Of a stretch of DNA of 64,000 nucleotides, positions 1-12,480 are shown piece by piece. Below the pieces are notes generated by a model. That model saw only the letters and a list, made by a program, of their open reading frames with translations. It had not been told where the DNA came from and did no database searches. Each line of letters begins with the position of its first letter. The stretch's first letter is position 1. This DNA is from Octopus vulgaris. Its lineage: Eukaryota. Position numbers and translations under genes: made by a program. Location of the stretch: NCBI GenBank assembly GCA_951406725.2, contig OX597814.1, forward strand, positions 69,316,001 through 69,380,000, given 5' to 3'.

Positions 1-644
1 TATGAAGACACAGTTGTATACCAGTGACAGACAGAACGTCATAACCAACGTCGTCTCCATCTCCAAAATTTCAACTTGTACACAACAAGATAAATACACA
101 GATTTAACTCAAGCTGTTTGTGTGAAACTATCACCACGGAAAAACAATTGCAGTATATATATTTGAAAGAGCATCTATATCAAGAGAAGCCTGCACAACA
201 AGTGACTCAACTAATCTCTGCTTCAAGACCCAAATCTTGTTATAGAACTTATTATCGTGTACTACATGAACTGGTAAAATAACTCTATCTTAACTCAATA
301 TGTTGAAACTTCTCTTATGCTCTGTTGTATTCGCATGCACCTTTATCTGTACCTTTTGTCGCACACACGAACATACACACAAATATTATACGCATGCATT
401 CATACCACAACACTACACTAGTAATCACAACTCACTTTGTACACTGTGAATAAAATCTATCTTCTCTCTATAAAAGTAGAACGGCTTGGTGTCCTTCATT
501 CCTTTCCTATAGCACTGTATAATCCAAACATGTATTATGGCTGCTCTTATTATTATGTTATGTAGGATGCGGCTGTGTGGCGTACAACAGGAGACCTATG
601 TCACCAACCTCCTTACGTACGGTCATATAAATTCCTAACATACA
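1..644 (+). mobile_element. 3' part of a probable solo LTR, same family as 55767-57042
   Basis: Collinear similarity to about 56390-57040 (e.g. cacaacaagtga(c/t)tcaa(c/t)taatctc, tatcaagagaa, gtgaaa..tcaccac). AATAAA near 449; possible end at ...CA near 640-644. Confidence 0.5.
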
Positions 645-659
645 GAAACCATAAAGTCT

Positions 660-1250
660 ACAGTTACATGGGAAATTGATTTTTTCAAAAGCCTCAGAGG
701 TTCTATAGAGGTAGTGGATAATTTCTGCTTACTAGGGGACCTAATCAGCAGTGGAGGAGGGTATATAAAAAGTGTAATTGCTTGAATAAGAATATAATGG
801 AGAAAATTTTATGTCTCTTTCTCTGAGTGATGCATGTGTATGAACAGCAATGCTATATGACATTGAGACATGAGCCCTGAATACAGAGGATATGTGAAAT
901 CTAGAGAGAATTGAAGTTAGCATGTTCCACTGGATGAGCAATGTCAGTGCACAGAGCACTAGTGTACTGAGAGAAAAGCTAGGCATAAGAGGAATTAGAT
1001 GCAGTGTACATGAAAGAAGACTATTTGGTCATGTGATGTTTATGGATGTGGATAGTTGCATACAGAGGTGCTGATTACTTAAAGTGAATGGATGTTGGAA
1101 CCCCAGGAAGACATAGGACGAAGTATTGAAGTTCAATCTCCAATCTAAAGATGCTGAGCCTTATGAAGGAAATGACAAAAGACCAAGATATCTGGCATCT
1201 TGTTGTACTCCAGAAGACCTGTCCACCATAGCAGAATTGATATCCTAAAA
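660..1250 (+). mobile_element. RTE-clade LINE, degraded 3' fragment
   Basis: Homologous to the RT C-terminus of the RTE copies at 14.5, 35.7 and 58-61 kb (actgagagaaaagctaggcataagagg). Confidence 0.75.
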
Positions 1251-1362
1251 CCACCTCTACTCCACCCCACCTCCATACTCTCTAACCTATTTGTCTTTCC
1301 TCCATACTTCATTCCCCAAAATTCATTACATCTCTATCTCATGAGAGCAGAGTAGGTACATA

Positions 1363-2656
1363 CGAGGGACGTTCACTAAGTAATGCCCCTGACCCACTTG
1401 CAGTTGTTTGATCTAGCAGAAATTTTGCATGTGCAATTATTTATATCTCTATAGATTAAGTGGCAAATTACAGCTCTGAACTAATTGTGATTTCTGATTT
1501 ACAGGTGTTTGAACTGAGTCAAGTCTGAAATGGAGCCTGTTGAGTGTCGAGCAGTGATTCGGTTTTTGTATTTGAAAGGACGCACACCACGGGAGACTTT
1601 TGATGAAATGAAAGTAACTTATGGTGATGATGCCCCATCATTTGACCTTGTAAAACGCTGGCATCGTGAATTTAAACATGGTCGGAACTCTGTGGAAACA
1701 GCTCCCAGATCTGGTCGCCCCCTCTTCTGCCATTGATGAGGCATCTGTCCATCAAGTTGAGGCTGCCATTTTGGAAGATCGACGCATAACTATTCGCCAA
1801 ATAGCCCATGAGGTCAAGATTAGTACCAGGTCTGTGGAAACTATCATTCATGACCATTTGCATATGCAAAAGGTGTCTGCCAGATGGATTCCCAGGTTGC
1901 TCACACCTTTCCAGAAGCAAGAACGCGTCGATTGCTGGAGGATGAATTTGGAGATGTGCCAAGAAGATGAGTCAAACTTTTTCAAAAGACTGATTACACA
2001 GGATAAAACCTGGGTCCATCACTATGATCCAGAGACCAAAGCCCAGTCAATGCAGTGGAAGCACCGTGACTCACCTCCTCCAAAGAAGGCAAGGGTGCAG
2101 CCCTCCGTTGGCAAGGTCATGCTCACAGTCTTCTGGGACCAGGACGGAGTAGTGATGACAGATTTCCTGGCAAAGGGTACCACAATTACAGAAGCCTATT
2201 ATGCTTCACTTCTGAGGAAATTAAGAGAAGCTATCAAAATCAAGAGGCGGGGCAAGATCAGCAAAGGCATCCTCCTCCTGCAGGACAACACTCCGGTCCA
2301 CAACTCGCGTGTTGCCAGATCAGAAGCACAGGCGTGTGGCTATGAATTCCTCCCCCATCCCCGCTACTCTCCTGACCTTGCACCCTCTGATTTTCACCTC
2401 TTCCCAGCCATGAAGTTGTTTTTGAAAGGAAAGCGTTTCCCAGATGATGAAGCCTTGATTTCTGAAGTCACGTCTTGGTTGGAGGACCAAGCTGGGGTCT
2501 TCTACAAAAACGGTCTCCAGAGCTGCATCAAACGATGGGAGAAATGCGTAACTCTGGGTGGTTTCTATGTAGAAAAAGACTAATAACTGTGCCAAGTTTC
2601 GTTGCTCTACTGCTATGGGAAGTGGGTCAGGGGCATTACTTATTGAATGCCCCTCG
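1363..2656 (+). mobile_element. Full-length mariner (DD34D) DNA transposon, about 1.3 kb
   Basis: TA on both sides; TIRs of about 36 bp (cgagggacgttcactaagtaatgcccctgacccact / agtgggtcaggggcattacttattgaatgcccctcg). Confidence 0.95.
1530..2583 (+). pseudogene. Mariner transposase with one frameshift near 1720
   Basis: MEPVECRAVIRFL...SGRP, then a frame change; WIPRLL, ITQDKTWV, LLQDN and YSPDLAPSDFHLF motifs. Confidence 0.92.
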
Positions 2657-3539
2657 TATTACACCCCACTGCTTTCTCAGCTTCCATCCTCCCCATCTTG
2701 GGCCAGTTCCATTTCCCATTATCTTCCTCCATATACTGTCTCCACCAATCACCTCCTTTCTGTGCCTTCCCTCCCTTACGATGTTCCTCATCATTAACAT
2801 CTCACTTATCTACTGCAAACCCCTCCATCTATATCACCTCATTTATGCTCACCAATGCCAATTTCCCTTGAGGGCGTGTCTTGCTACCATCTCTTTCACT
2901 ATTGCTCTTTTTATCTTACTCTCTCACTCAACTGCTCTCTTTATCCTACACCCTAACTCACTCTCCTTTCTCTTCCAACTGGTGTATCTATACATCTACT
3001 CTACAGCAAGACACATATCCTTCTTCTTTCATACATTTATCTATCAAATGACACAAAGCTACTCCATCTCAATAATACTCCCTCCTCCCAGATGAGGAGT
3101 TTTGTCTTGCAAGACTTTGTTGATGTGGGTGCCACATAAAATGCACTGGCATTGGTGCTCTGTAAAAGTCACCCAGTACACTCTGTAAAGTGGTTGGCAT
3201 TAGAAAGGGAATCCAGCTGTAGAAATCATGCTGGAACAGACAAGGTAGCCTAGTGTGTCTACTGGCCTTACCAGCTCCTGCGAAACCATCCTACCTAAGG
3301 CAGTATGGAAAATGAAAAACAATCAGTGAGATCTTCCTATAACATGCCAATGAAATACAAAATTCAAAACTCACCCCACAATCCTATACAACAAATCCAC
3401 ACTGTAAACTATGTTAATAACATTAACCAATCTGATTACAACATTGTAATCAGGTTGGTGGATGTTATTAGTGTGATCACTTTTTAGATCTTGTCATCAG
3501 AAAAAGAAATACATGGTGACACCATACAAACAAGATTAG

Positions 3540-3790
3540 ACCGAAAAAATAAAAAATATCAATTTTTTATCATTAAATATGAATGGCACAAAAATTAACA
3601 TTCTCTCTAAAGGACTAAAATTTACACCAATCCCTCAAAGAAGCAATTACATTGAAATGAAAGATAGTATTTCTGAATTCTATAGAACATTATAACTCAC
3701 AGAAGGGCTGTACAACAAGAACAAGGATAATGAATTGATTGTAAGAAATAAAAGCAACTCCACTCTACTCCACTCCACCAAAAGTACATT
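3540..3790 (+). mobile_element. Penelope-like element, N-terminal fragment (degraded)
   Basis: Translates ILSKGLKFTPIPQRSNYIEMKDSISEFYR, matching the GLKF/GLxF N-terminal motif typical of PLE ORFs. Confidence 0.55.
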
Positions 3791-3832
3791 TTAAATTATC
3801 CATATCAACTCTTTCTCTCTCACACACTCACT

Positions 3833-3873
<41 letters not shown>

Positions 3874-4029
3874 CAAATCAAACCAGCAAGAGTGAGTGGG
3901 ACAACATAAAGGAATTTTTTAAATGATAAGAAAAAACTGTTAAAGAGGCTAATAAAAGAAATGTAGTAGTCATGATGGATACCGTCTACTACAAAATCTT
4001 GTCTAATCCATGTTTCAGAATGATACATA

Positions 4030-5281
4030 CAAGGGTTGGTTGAATGTTCTTAGGCTGACCAAGACACACTCATGAAATGAAAGAGGTTTATTTTTCAACA
4101 TAGACCCCATGCAATCCACACACTACTTCCATCAGTGCTGCAGTGCTTGAATCCCATTGATGAAAAAGCTTTCATCCTGCTGCTCAAAAAAGTCATCAAC
4201 AGCAGATATGACATCATCATCATCACTGTAATATTGGTTCCCAGCCAAGTGTTTTTTTTTTATTTTGGGAATCAGATGATAGTTAGATGGGGCCAAATCA
4301 GGAGGATAGGGATGGTGATCAAACAGTTGAAAGACACAGTCAAGCACTGCAACAATTGAAACCAAGGACTTGTGTGCTGGAGCATTGTCTTGAAACAAGA
4401 CTCCTTTCATCAGTTTTTCTAGTGAGTTTGATCTTGATAGCCTTGCATAACTGCCTCAGCAAGTTGGCATAGTACTTTCCATTGATGGTGTGGCCCTTTT
4501 GAAGATTGTCAGTAAATCTTTTACATCCCAAATAACTGAGGCCATCACTTTACCTGCAGATGAAATGACCTTGTCCTTCTTTGGAGCAGGTGAGGTGGGG
4601 TGTTTCCATAGCTTGGATTGTCTCTTTGTCTCTGGCTCAGAGTGATGAACCCAACATCCATCTCGGGTTAGGAAACATACAAGGAAACCAGCTGGATCAG
4701 CCTCAACAATGTCAGATTTTCTCATGATGTGATCAGCTTTGGTCAAGTGTCAGAAGACATGGCATTTACCAAACAGAAACCATATCAAGTTCATTGTGCA
4801 GAATATTCTCAAATCTCTCACGGGATATGCTAATAGCATTGGCTATTTGATTTATAGTCAATCACTCATCACCCACCACCATGTGGTGAACACAATCAAT
4901 ATTTGTCTCTGTGGTGGCAATTGCAGGACGTTCAGATCTTGGGTCATCTTCAAGACTGACTTTAGCTGCCCACTTGTGCACTGTTGATAAAGCTGGAGCA
5001 TCATCCCTTAATGTAACAAGCATTTGAGCATGAATGTCCTTGGGGGTTAAACCCTTTTTCTGTAAATACTTGATAACACATGATACTAAATTTTGTCCAT
5101 TTTCAAGAGAAATCGCAACTAGTTACTTTTGAAGTCTTCTTTGAACAGTCAGATGTTTAGCTTACCTGGAAAGAAACAATAGTGGTATTAATAAAAAGAG
5201 TTGAAATTAATGCATGTGAGATTTTCCAGGTATGGCATCACTCCTTTATAGTCAACCTATAAACTTTTCAGCTCACCTTTG
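4030..5281 (-). mobile_element. Degenerate mariner element (second family)
   Basis: TA-flanked imperfect TIRs (caagggttggttgaatgttcttaggctgac / gtcaacctataaacttttcagctcacctttg). Broken transposase with WVHHSEPETKRQS, AGKVMASV, FQDNAPAH and YPPDLAPSNY. Confidence 0.88.
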
Positions 5282-5469
5282 TACTATGAAAAGGCCCAAA
5301 ACTATGATCATAAAAAGAAGAGAAACCTTACATTATTAGTAAACTTATATTGAAAAGGACTCATTAACAAAGAATATGACTAGATTACCAACTTTAGATA
5401 TAAATCTAGCCTCTTCTTCAGCATACAAAAAATTTCACAAAAATGGTTGTCTTACAAAGGAAATAGCGT

Positions 5470-5780
5470 CAACAGTATTTTTTCTTGGCACAAAACCAAA
5501 CTGTATCATATCTAGTCTAATTCTATTTCTATTAAATTAGGCTATAACTTTTTCAGTAACATTCTTGATATGGTTCAGCAATTTCATACCTCTGTAATTA
5601 CTTCTCTCTAAGAGGCATCTTCTTTACCCTTGTAACAGCTGACTATAATGCTGCTACACCAGTCATCGGATATTACACCTTCCAGTATAACCAATTAACT
5701 ATATGAGTGACTAGACCATACCCAACTTACCATATATTTTAAGCATCTCAGTGGTGATTTCTGATGGATCATTTTTCCAG
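5470..5780 (-). mobile_element. RTE LINE reverse transcriptase fragment
   Basis: Minus strand reads ITTEMLKI...DWCSSIIVSCYKGKEDA...NYRGMKLL, as in the 59680-60369 ORF. Confidence 0.75.
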
Positions 5781-5947
5781 GCGTGTCTTTCTGCTTTTTT
5801 AGCTCCGTCTACTTCACTGTTTCATCACCTTGGTTTGACTATGACTTTGCACCCAATTTAATCTGAAGCCCTCAATAGGTTCTCCTATAGGAACTTCCAG
5901 TTGCCCTCTATACAATATATCTATAACTCTTTCCCCCTCCTCCTCCT

Positions 5948-5993
<46 letters not shown>

Positions 5994-6078
5994 CCACCAC
6001 CAACACCAACACCACCAACACCTACCACCCACCACCACCACCACCACCACCACCACCACCACCACCACCACCACCACC
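5948..6078. repeat. (CAT)n-(CAC)n compound microsatellite
   Basis: Read directly from the sequence. Confidence 0.95.
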
Positions 6079-6293
6079 AGATGATGAAGCCTTGATTTCT
6101 GAAGTCACGTCGTGGTTGGAGGACCAAGCTGGGGTCTTCTACAAAAACGGTCTCCATAACTGCATCAAACAATGGGAGAAATGCGTAACTCTTGGTGGTT
6201 TCTATGTAGAAAAAGACTAATAACTGTGTCAAGTTTCGTTGCTCTACTGCTATGGGAAGTGGGTCAGGGGCATTACTTATTCAACACCCCTCG
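6077..6293 (+). mobile_element. 3' terminal fragment (with right TIR) of the 1363-2656 mariner family
   Basis: Near-identical to about 2442-2656; ends cccctcg|TA. Confidence 0.92.
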
Positions 6294-6600
6294 TACATAA
6301 CAAGAATCCATGTCTATTATTTCTGTATGTAACCATTATATATACACATGGATACACACATACATAAACACATATGTACACAGACATGTCTACAATTATA
6401 CACCTTACATGCATGCATATATGTATGACAAGGCAAAAGGGAATATACTGCTGAGGAAATAAATCATGTACATCTCAATAAAAATGATGGTAGATAGAAT
6501 GGGGTAAGAATGGAGCAGGCACTCATATTGTTTATTCAATGAGAAATCCCTGTTAGAATAAACTTGTTGCTACTCAGACATAATAATTTTAGCAATGCTC

Positions 6601-6801
6601 TACACTCTTTTACTTTTTTATACTCTTTTACTTGTTTCAGTCATTTGACTGCAGCCATGCTGGAGCACCGCCTTTAGTCGAACAAATCAACCCCAGGACT
6701 TATTCTTTGTAAGCCTAGTACTTATTCTATCAGTCTCTTAGGCCAAAAACACACCACCATCAGTTGTCAAGCGATGTTGGGAGGACAAACACAGACACAC
6801 A

Positions 6802-6875
<74 letters not shown>

Positions 6876-9012
6876 CAGGCTTCTTTCAGTTTCCGTCTAC
6901 CAAATCCACTCACAAGGCTTTGGTCGGCCCAAGGCTATAACAGAAGACACTTGTCCAAGGTGCCACATAGTAGGAATGAACCCGGAACCATGTGGTTCAT
7001 AACCATGCTACTTTATTTCAAAATTTTGCCATAAAGGCATGACACAGAGTAGCTTGCAGGCTAGACAAAAACATTGATGAAGATAAAAAACGCCCGCTGA
7101 TTTTTTGCTTCTCTAAAACATTTTGTTTTTTTTTTGTTTTTACACAAGAAAAAACAAAACAAGGTATCAAACCTCTTCAATTCTTACAATTAATGGATTT
7201 AATAGTTCATTACAAATTGAGGTGCTGAGCCTCTTACACACAATAACATACAATAAACATTTAGGCGCTAAAGCCTCTTTATCCTTCCTCCCCAACCAGA
7301 CTGTATGCCTCCTGTAGGCAATGCTCCAGCTCCAGGTTGGGTCCCCCGTAGTCATCTGTGGAGGTCAATCCAGGTCTTCAGTCTAGGGCATGGGTTCCCC
7401 CCTCCGGTCCTCTAGCTTCCTTAAGAAGCTCGGTATTGCCCCACCCTTATGGAAGAAGATAACAAAATCCTCTCTCATCGCTCTGGGAGGGGCACAGTTT
7501 CCTCTGTCAGTGGTACACTTCCCACCGACAAAGTTTCAGGGCATGCTGGCAGTGTACCATCAACTGCCAGCAATGTCCCGTTCTTTTTCTTTTTTCTTTT
7601 TTCTTTTTCTTCCCTTTTCTACGAGAGGGTGTGGTACCTCCGCTTTATCCGAGGGATCTTCCTCCCCTCCCGCAGCTTTAGGGTCATTCAGTGGACAACC
7701 ATTGTTTCCCACCTTCTTTCTTTCTTTCTTTTCTTGAGGAGGTCTTCACCTCCTTGATCGCCTCCATCTCTCCCTCCAATGGGGGAGCGGACGTGCTACT
7801 TTTATCAACTGCTCCAGGACCTTACCTTGGTCTTGGTCCTGGGGTAGTTTTTCTTAATGTGGCCCAGTTCCAGGCACAGGTGACACTTGGGGGGGGGGGG
7901 GACGTCCCTCAAGAATCACCGGATACCTAGAACTGGCCATCCTCAAAAAATCTGGAAAAACCAGATCATTGGTTGATTGGGTCCACAGGGTCAAAACTGC
8001 TTTCGACCCCACCCAATCAGCTGCAAGCAACACTTAAGAGCTTGACTCTGCTGCCACCCAGGCCGTGGTGGATAGTGTCTTCTATCCTCTTGGGTTCTAT
8101 CCCAGGTGGCAGCCCACATACCCAAGCTCTTGTTAATTTCTTCCCACTATATGTGGGAAGAAACAGAATTTTTTGCTCTTCTAAGGGCTGGCTCACAAAA
8201 TTATGAGCCTCCTCCAGGGTGTCAAATAGCAACCACACTGTTGCATATTTGACACCCCTTGCAATAAAGTTAATAGTTGGCAGATATTCTGCCAACTCTT
8301 TCTCAATTTCAATTTGAGAGAACACAGTGATGGTGTCAAGAGACTTGGAATACATCCTCAACATCACCATTCTCTCATTGAAGTCTTTTACCCACTGCTT
8401 GTGGGGTACAATCTCCCACTCCAATGTAGTGTTTATCTTCTTTGCTATGCTTGCAGAGAAGAAAGGAAAGTCCAAAAAATGTTCAACCAAAAAGTCCAAA
8501 CAAAGTCAAAAACAAAAAAAAATGAACAGAAAGACAGAGCAGAGAAAAAGAACAAAGGAAGACAGTTCAAGTCATGGCAACACAATTCCGGCCACTTGGT
8601 AATCCTGGCCCACAGGTATTCCAAAAAAATGGTACTCCACACAGGTACTCCAGGTTACAGTATCAGCAAGAACACACAAGAAATCCTCCATGAATTGGTT
8701 GAATTTTCTAAAAATTTTCACAAATTTTGGTGATGAGACACGCCCACCAAACAACAATTCTCACAGCTAAGCGAGTCACTTAGCACGACTGCAGCAGACA
8801 AATGTCCAAGACTCAGTGAGATTTTCTTATTCGAAAAAAAATACAATGTCAAATAAAAAAACCCACTGAATCCCCCCCAAAAAACAGATGCCTACCTTAC
8901 AGTCGTGCCTTCAATATTTCTTCATTTCAGGACGGCTACAAAAGTACATCCTGACAGTATTCCGTGTGGAAGCAACTAACCAAGCTACTTACCACACAGC
9001 CACTCCTGTGCC
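6601..9012 (-). mobile_element. tRNA-derived SINE, family 1, split by the 7014-8976 insertion (pieces 6601-7013 and 8977-9012)
   Basis: A box TGGCTGTGTGG lies in the right piece and B-box-like GGTTCATTCCT in the left piece; internal (TA)n; (TAAAAGAG)n tail; matches the intact copy at 47137-47540. Confidence 0.88.
7014..8976 (-). mobile_element. ORF1-only (HAL1-like) non-autonomous Tx1/L1-type retroelement with 14-bp TSD
   Basis: TSD taacca(t/a)gctactt at 7000-7013 and 8977-8990. Degraded ORF1 from 8499 resembles the Tx1 ORF1 at 41.4-42.4 kb; zinc knuckle CHLCLELGHIKKNY near 7890-7850; no EN/RT recognised; 3' tgcc..ggca hairpin followed by AATAAA. Confidence 0.72.
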
Positions 9013-10534
9013 TACTGTAATTTTTTTTATTACTAGAACTTCATAATAACATTTTCAGTAATTACGTATGAATAGTGGCCATCTAATATATCACTGAAAA
9101 ATTAAAACTGACAGGAATCATTTTATTTTTAAATAAGATACATCTGCAGTTTATATCAGTGCTTGGAAGTAAAGCATGTAGAATGTGGTCATCTCAAAAC
9201 AGAAGATCAGGTTTCAGCTGCACAGAATCTCCTGATTGTGTCAAAGAAGATGAAAACTTTTTAAAAACAGTCATACCAGGTAACAATTTGAATGACTGAG
9301 CCTTGGTTTCAGGCTATGACTCTGAAACCAAGGCTCAGTCTTTGCAGTGGAAGAACCCAACCAGAGATCAAGATGTTGAGGAAATCCTTGCAACACTGCA
9401 GCTGCATGCTATCCCAAAACAGGAGTTTCAGGAATGCTTCCATCAATGTTGAATTGATATGTATTGTAGTTTTCTTTTTCAGCATCAGCCTTGATACTTT
9501 CTGATTAGATTTTGTTTCAACTAGTTAACTACAAATATTTCAAATAAATCTGTTATGAAACGTCCATTTTCTACTGTTAATCCTAATTATACTTTTACTG
9601 CATAATAATATTATGTGTCCTTTTAGATTGTTCCTGGATTCTATTTCCTGTACTTCTTTTCATCTTATTTTATCCTATCCTACTTTATTCCACCTTCTTT
9701 ATTCAATTACTATTTATTTGTTTATTTATTAATGAACTATAGTTTTAGTTCATTGTTTCCACTTATAAATTATGTAATTGTAAAATTATCTCAACTCCTA
9801 TAATCACTAATGCAGTATCGTAATTTAGTGTGAATCAGTATAAATGTGAATATTGTTTCCCTGTATGCATTTTGTGTGAGGGTAAGTACTAGGCATTGTG
9901 ACAATATGATTATAATCATTTTGTTTAATTAACTAATTATTCTTCTTCTGCTATTATATTACTTTGAAATTAGAGCTTTGTGCTATACTGTATGTGTATG
10001 TGTGCACATGTGCAAATGTGAGTATGATAAATATTGCTAATACTCACATATGAATGTATGAATGTGAAGGCTAATGTACTTGTGACTATTTATATAATGG
10101 GGATATATGTATATGTGTTTACTATATCAATGTTCTTGAAAATAGCTGCCATCCCTCAAAACCAGCAGTGGATGAAGTTCCAACAACTCAAGCCATTTCT
10201 ATCTCTGAACATTATTTTAAAACTTATTTTGTTCTCCCTGTATGTCTCTTTCTTTCTACTGACCATGTATTTTCATTATTTATTTATTTATTCTATTGCT
10301 CATTAATGGTCACTCAAGCTTTCTTTGAAAAATACTTCTATCTTAGTGCCCATATTTTCCTTCAAAGCCAATTTATTCAATAAACCTATTTTATTTACTT
10401 TTATATTTTTCTTATTATTTGAATTGTTTAAAAAAAAATTTTTTTTACTCTACTGCATTTATCTACTGATTCTTTTTGCTTAAAGTAAACCATAAATCAT
10501 AGTGAGTACACCTACCATCTGTACATACATACAT

Positions 10535-10591
<57 letters not shown>

Positions 10592-10659
10592 AAACAACTT
10601 GCTCAGTTGTAGAGTTGATGTTTTCAACTACAATGAATCGTTTGTGATTGTTACCTGCA

Positions 10660-11003
10660 TCGCTTTACTGGCACTTGTGCTGGTGGCACATGAAAAAACA
10701 TTCAAGCGAGGTCGTTTCCAGTGCCACTGGACTGGCTCCTGTGCAAGTGGCATATAAAAAGCACCATTTGAGCGTAGTCATTGCCAGTATCACCTGACTG
10801 GCCTTCATGCCGGTGGCACGTAAAAGCACCCACTACACTCTCGGAGTGGTTGGTGTTAGGAAGGGCATCCAGCAGTAGAAACTCTGCCAGATCAGATTGG
10901 AGTCTGGTGCAGCCATCTGGATCGCCAAACCTCAGTCAAATCATCCAACCCATGCTAGCATGAAAAGCAGACGTTAAATGATGATAATGATGATGATGAT
11001 GAT
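10660..11003 (+). mobile_element. RTE LINE 3' UTR with (GAT)n tail
   Basis: Matches the reverse complement of about 57825-58160 (gagtggttggtgttaggaagggcatccagc). Confidence 0.8.
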
Positions 11004-11759
11004 CAGCTTGTTAGTTTTCTTCTCAGCACCCTTGCATGGGTATTCATACACACATATATTTATTTATTTATGTATATTCATATGTACACTTTATATACAT
11101 GTTAATGCTGATGTGTTATCTATCATATAACTAACAAGATTATGAAACAGATGTCAACGAATGGAATAAACATCTACTCTCCCACTTGTTATATATATAT
11201 ATATATATATATATTATTTGCATATTTATACTTAATACATTTAGAGACATTCAGAAGCAAAATATGCTATTTGCTGTAATAAAAAAATCTTCTTACTTTT
11301 ATGACGATAGTGTGTTCAGCATACATGACTCATTGTTGCAGAGAATACTGGGACACCAGTGTTTTGACATGTGTCTCATCAGCCAGAAGGACTCCAGACC
11401 TTTGAGCCTAGCCAAGAAGCTCACCTTTGTTTATATTTTCAGTAAACAAAATGCTTATATCTGCCAATTAATATAAAATCATTTGCACTGTGTACAGTGA
11501 GATCTAGAACAAATATTTGCATATTTATTCTTAATATGTTTAGGTGGGTTCATATGTAAAATATGCTAGTCTCTGTAATATAAAGGAGAAAAGCTCTCTT
11601 TTATGATGATAGTGTGTTCAGCACACTTGACTCATTAGGGTAGAGGATAAAAGTATAAATAAAGGTCAGCTGCCATCATCCAAATGCATTACATCCCTGC
11701 CAATGCAGTCGTATCTCTTACCTATGACATCTGATTTCTTATAAACCCAAGTTTTCCCT

Positions 11760-12480
11760 CAGCTTATCTGTGCCATGTCACTTGTGCACTCTAACATTAC
11801 ACATCCAGCAGAACATGCCTTATTTCTTCTCAGCCTTTGTATATCATCTGCATTCAATACCCACACCTCATTATCACACATCACACTTCATATTAAAGTC
11901 ATCATCATTATCATCATCATTTAACATTCATCTTCCATACTGGTATGGAGCTGGTGAGCCAGAGAGCTGAACAAGACTCCATTGTCTGCTTTGGTATGGT
12001 TTCTATGGCAGGATATCCTTCCTAATCCCTGCTTGAAGAGAGTATTACCCTTGTCAACAGAGGTAATACTATCCCAAACTTTCTCCACCCTGTTCTAATT
12101 TTGGCTACTATGCATTCAGAGCATCTTTTTCCACAGTTAATTAGGTCATCTAGATAACAAGTTTTCAACTACTTCTATGGAACCTTCCAAGCACTGAAAA
12201 GAATTTATTATACTAGTGTTCTCCAAACTTCTGTACATCTGCCACATCCAAAGTAGTCTTTATTCACTATTAGTCTACCTGTGATCCCAACACACCCATA
12301 GATTACATCATGCACACTGTATGGAACTCCTACCAACACCTTTTCTGTATATCAGGTGCAACCATTTCCCTGGTAACAACAGCATGGAGTCATTTTTCCT
12401 ACTAACAAAAATCTAGGTTCTGCCAAGTTTAATCTGAGGCCTTTTGATTCTAGGATTTGTTTACACACACTCATTCCTGC
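11760..12480 (-). mobile_element. Rearranged RTE LINE fragments
   Basis: Minus-strand similarity to the RTE RT C-terminal region (LESKGLRLNLA, IVAKIRTGW). Confidence 0.7.

Noticed and set aside
2660-3095. 206-aa hydrophobic ORF 2475-3095
   Set aside because: Alternative frame of the mariner end running into pyrimidine-rich low-complexity DNA.
3470-3505. Hammerhead (CTGATGA on the minus strand near the PLE fragment)
   Set aside because: No GAAA box or stem III at the expected position.
5901-6232. Poly-Ser/Pro/His and poly-Trp/Asp ORFs
   Set aside because: They are translations of the (CAT)n(CAC)n microsatellite plus the mariner end.
11260-11640. Direct repeat of about 80 bp, 300 bp apart
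   Set aside because: Diverged and AT-rich, with no TE or functional hallmarks; probably an old local duplication.
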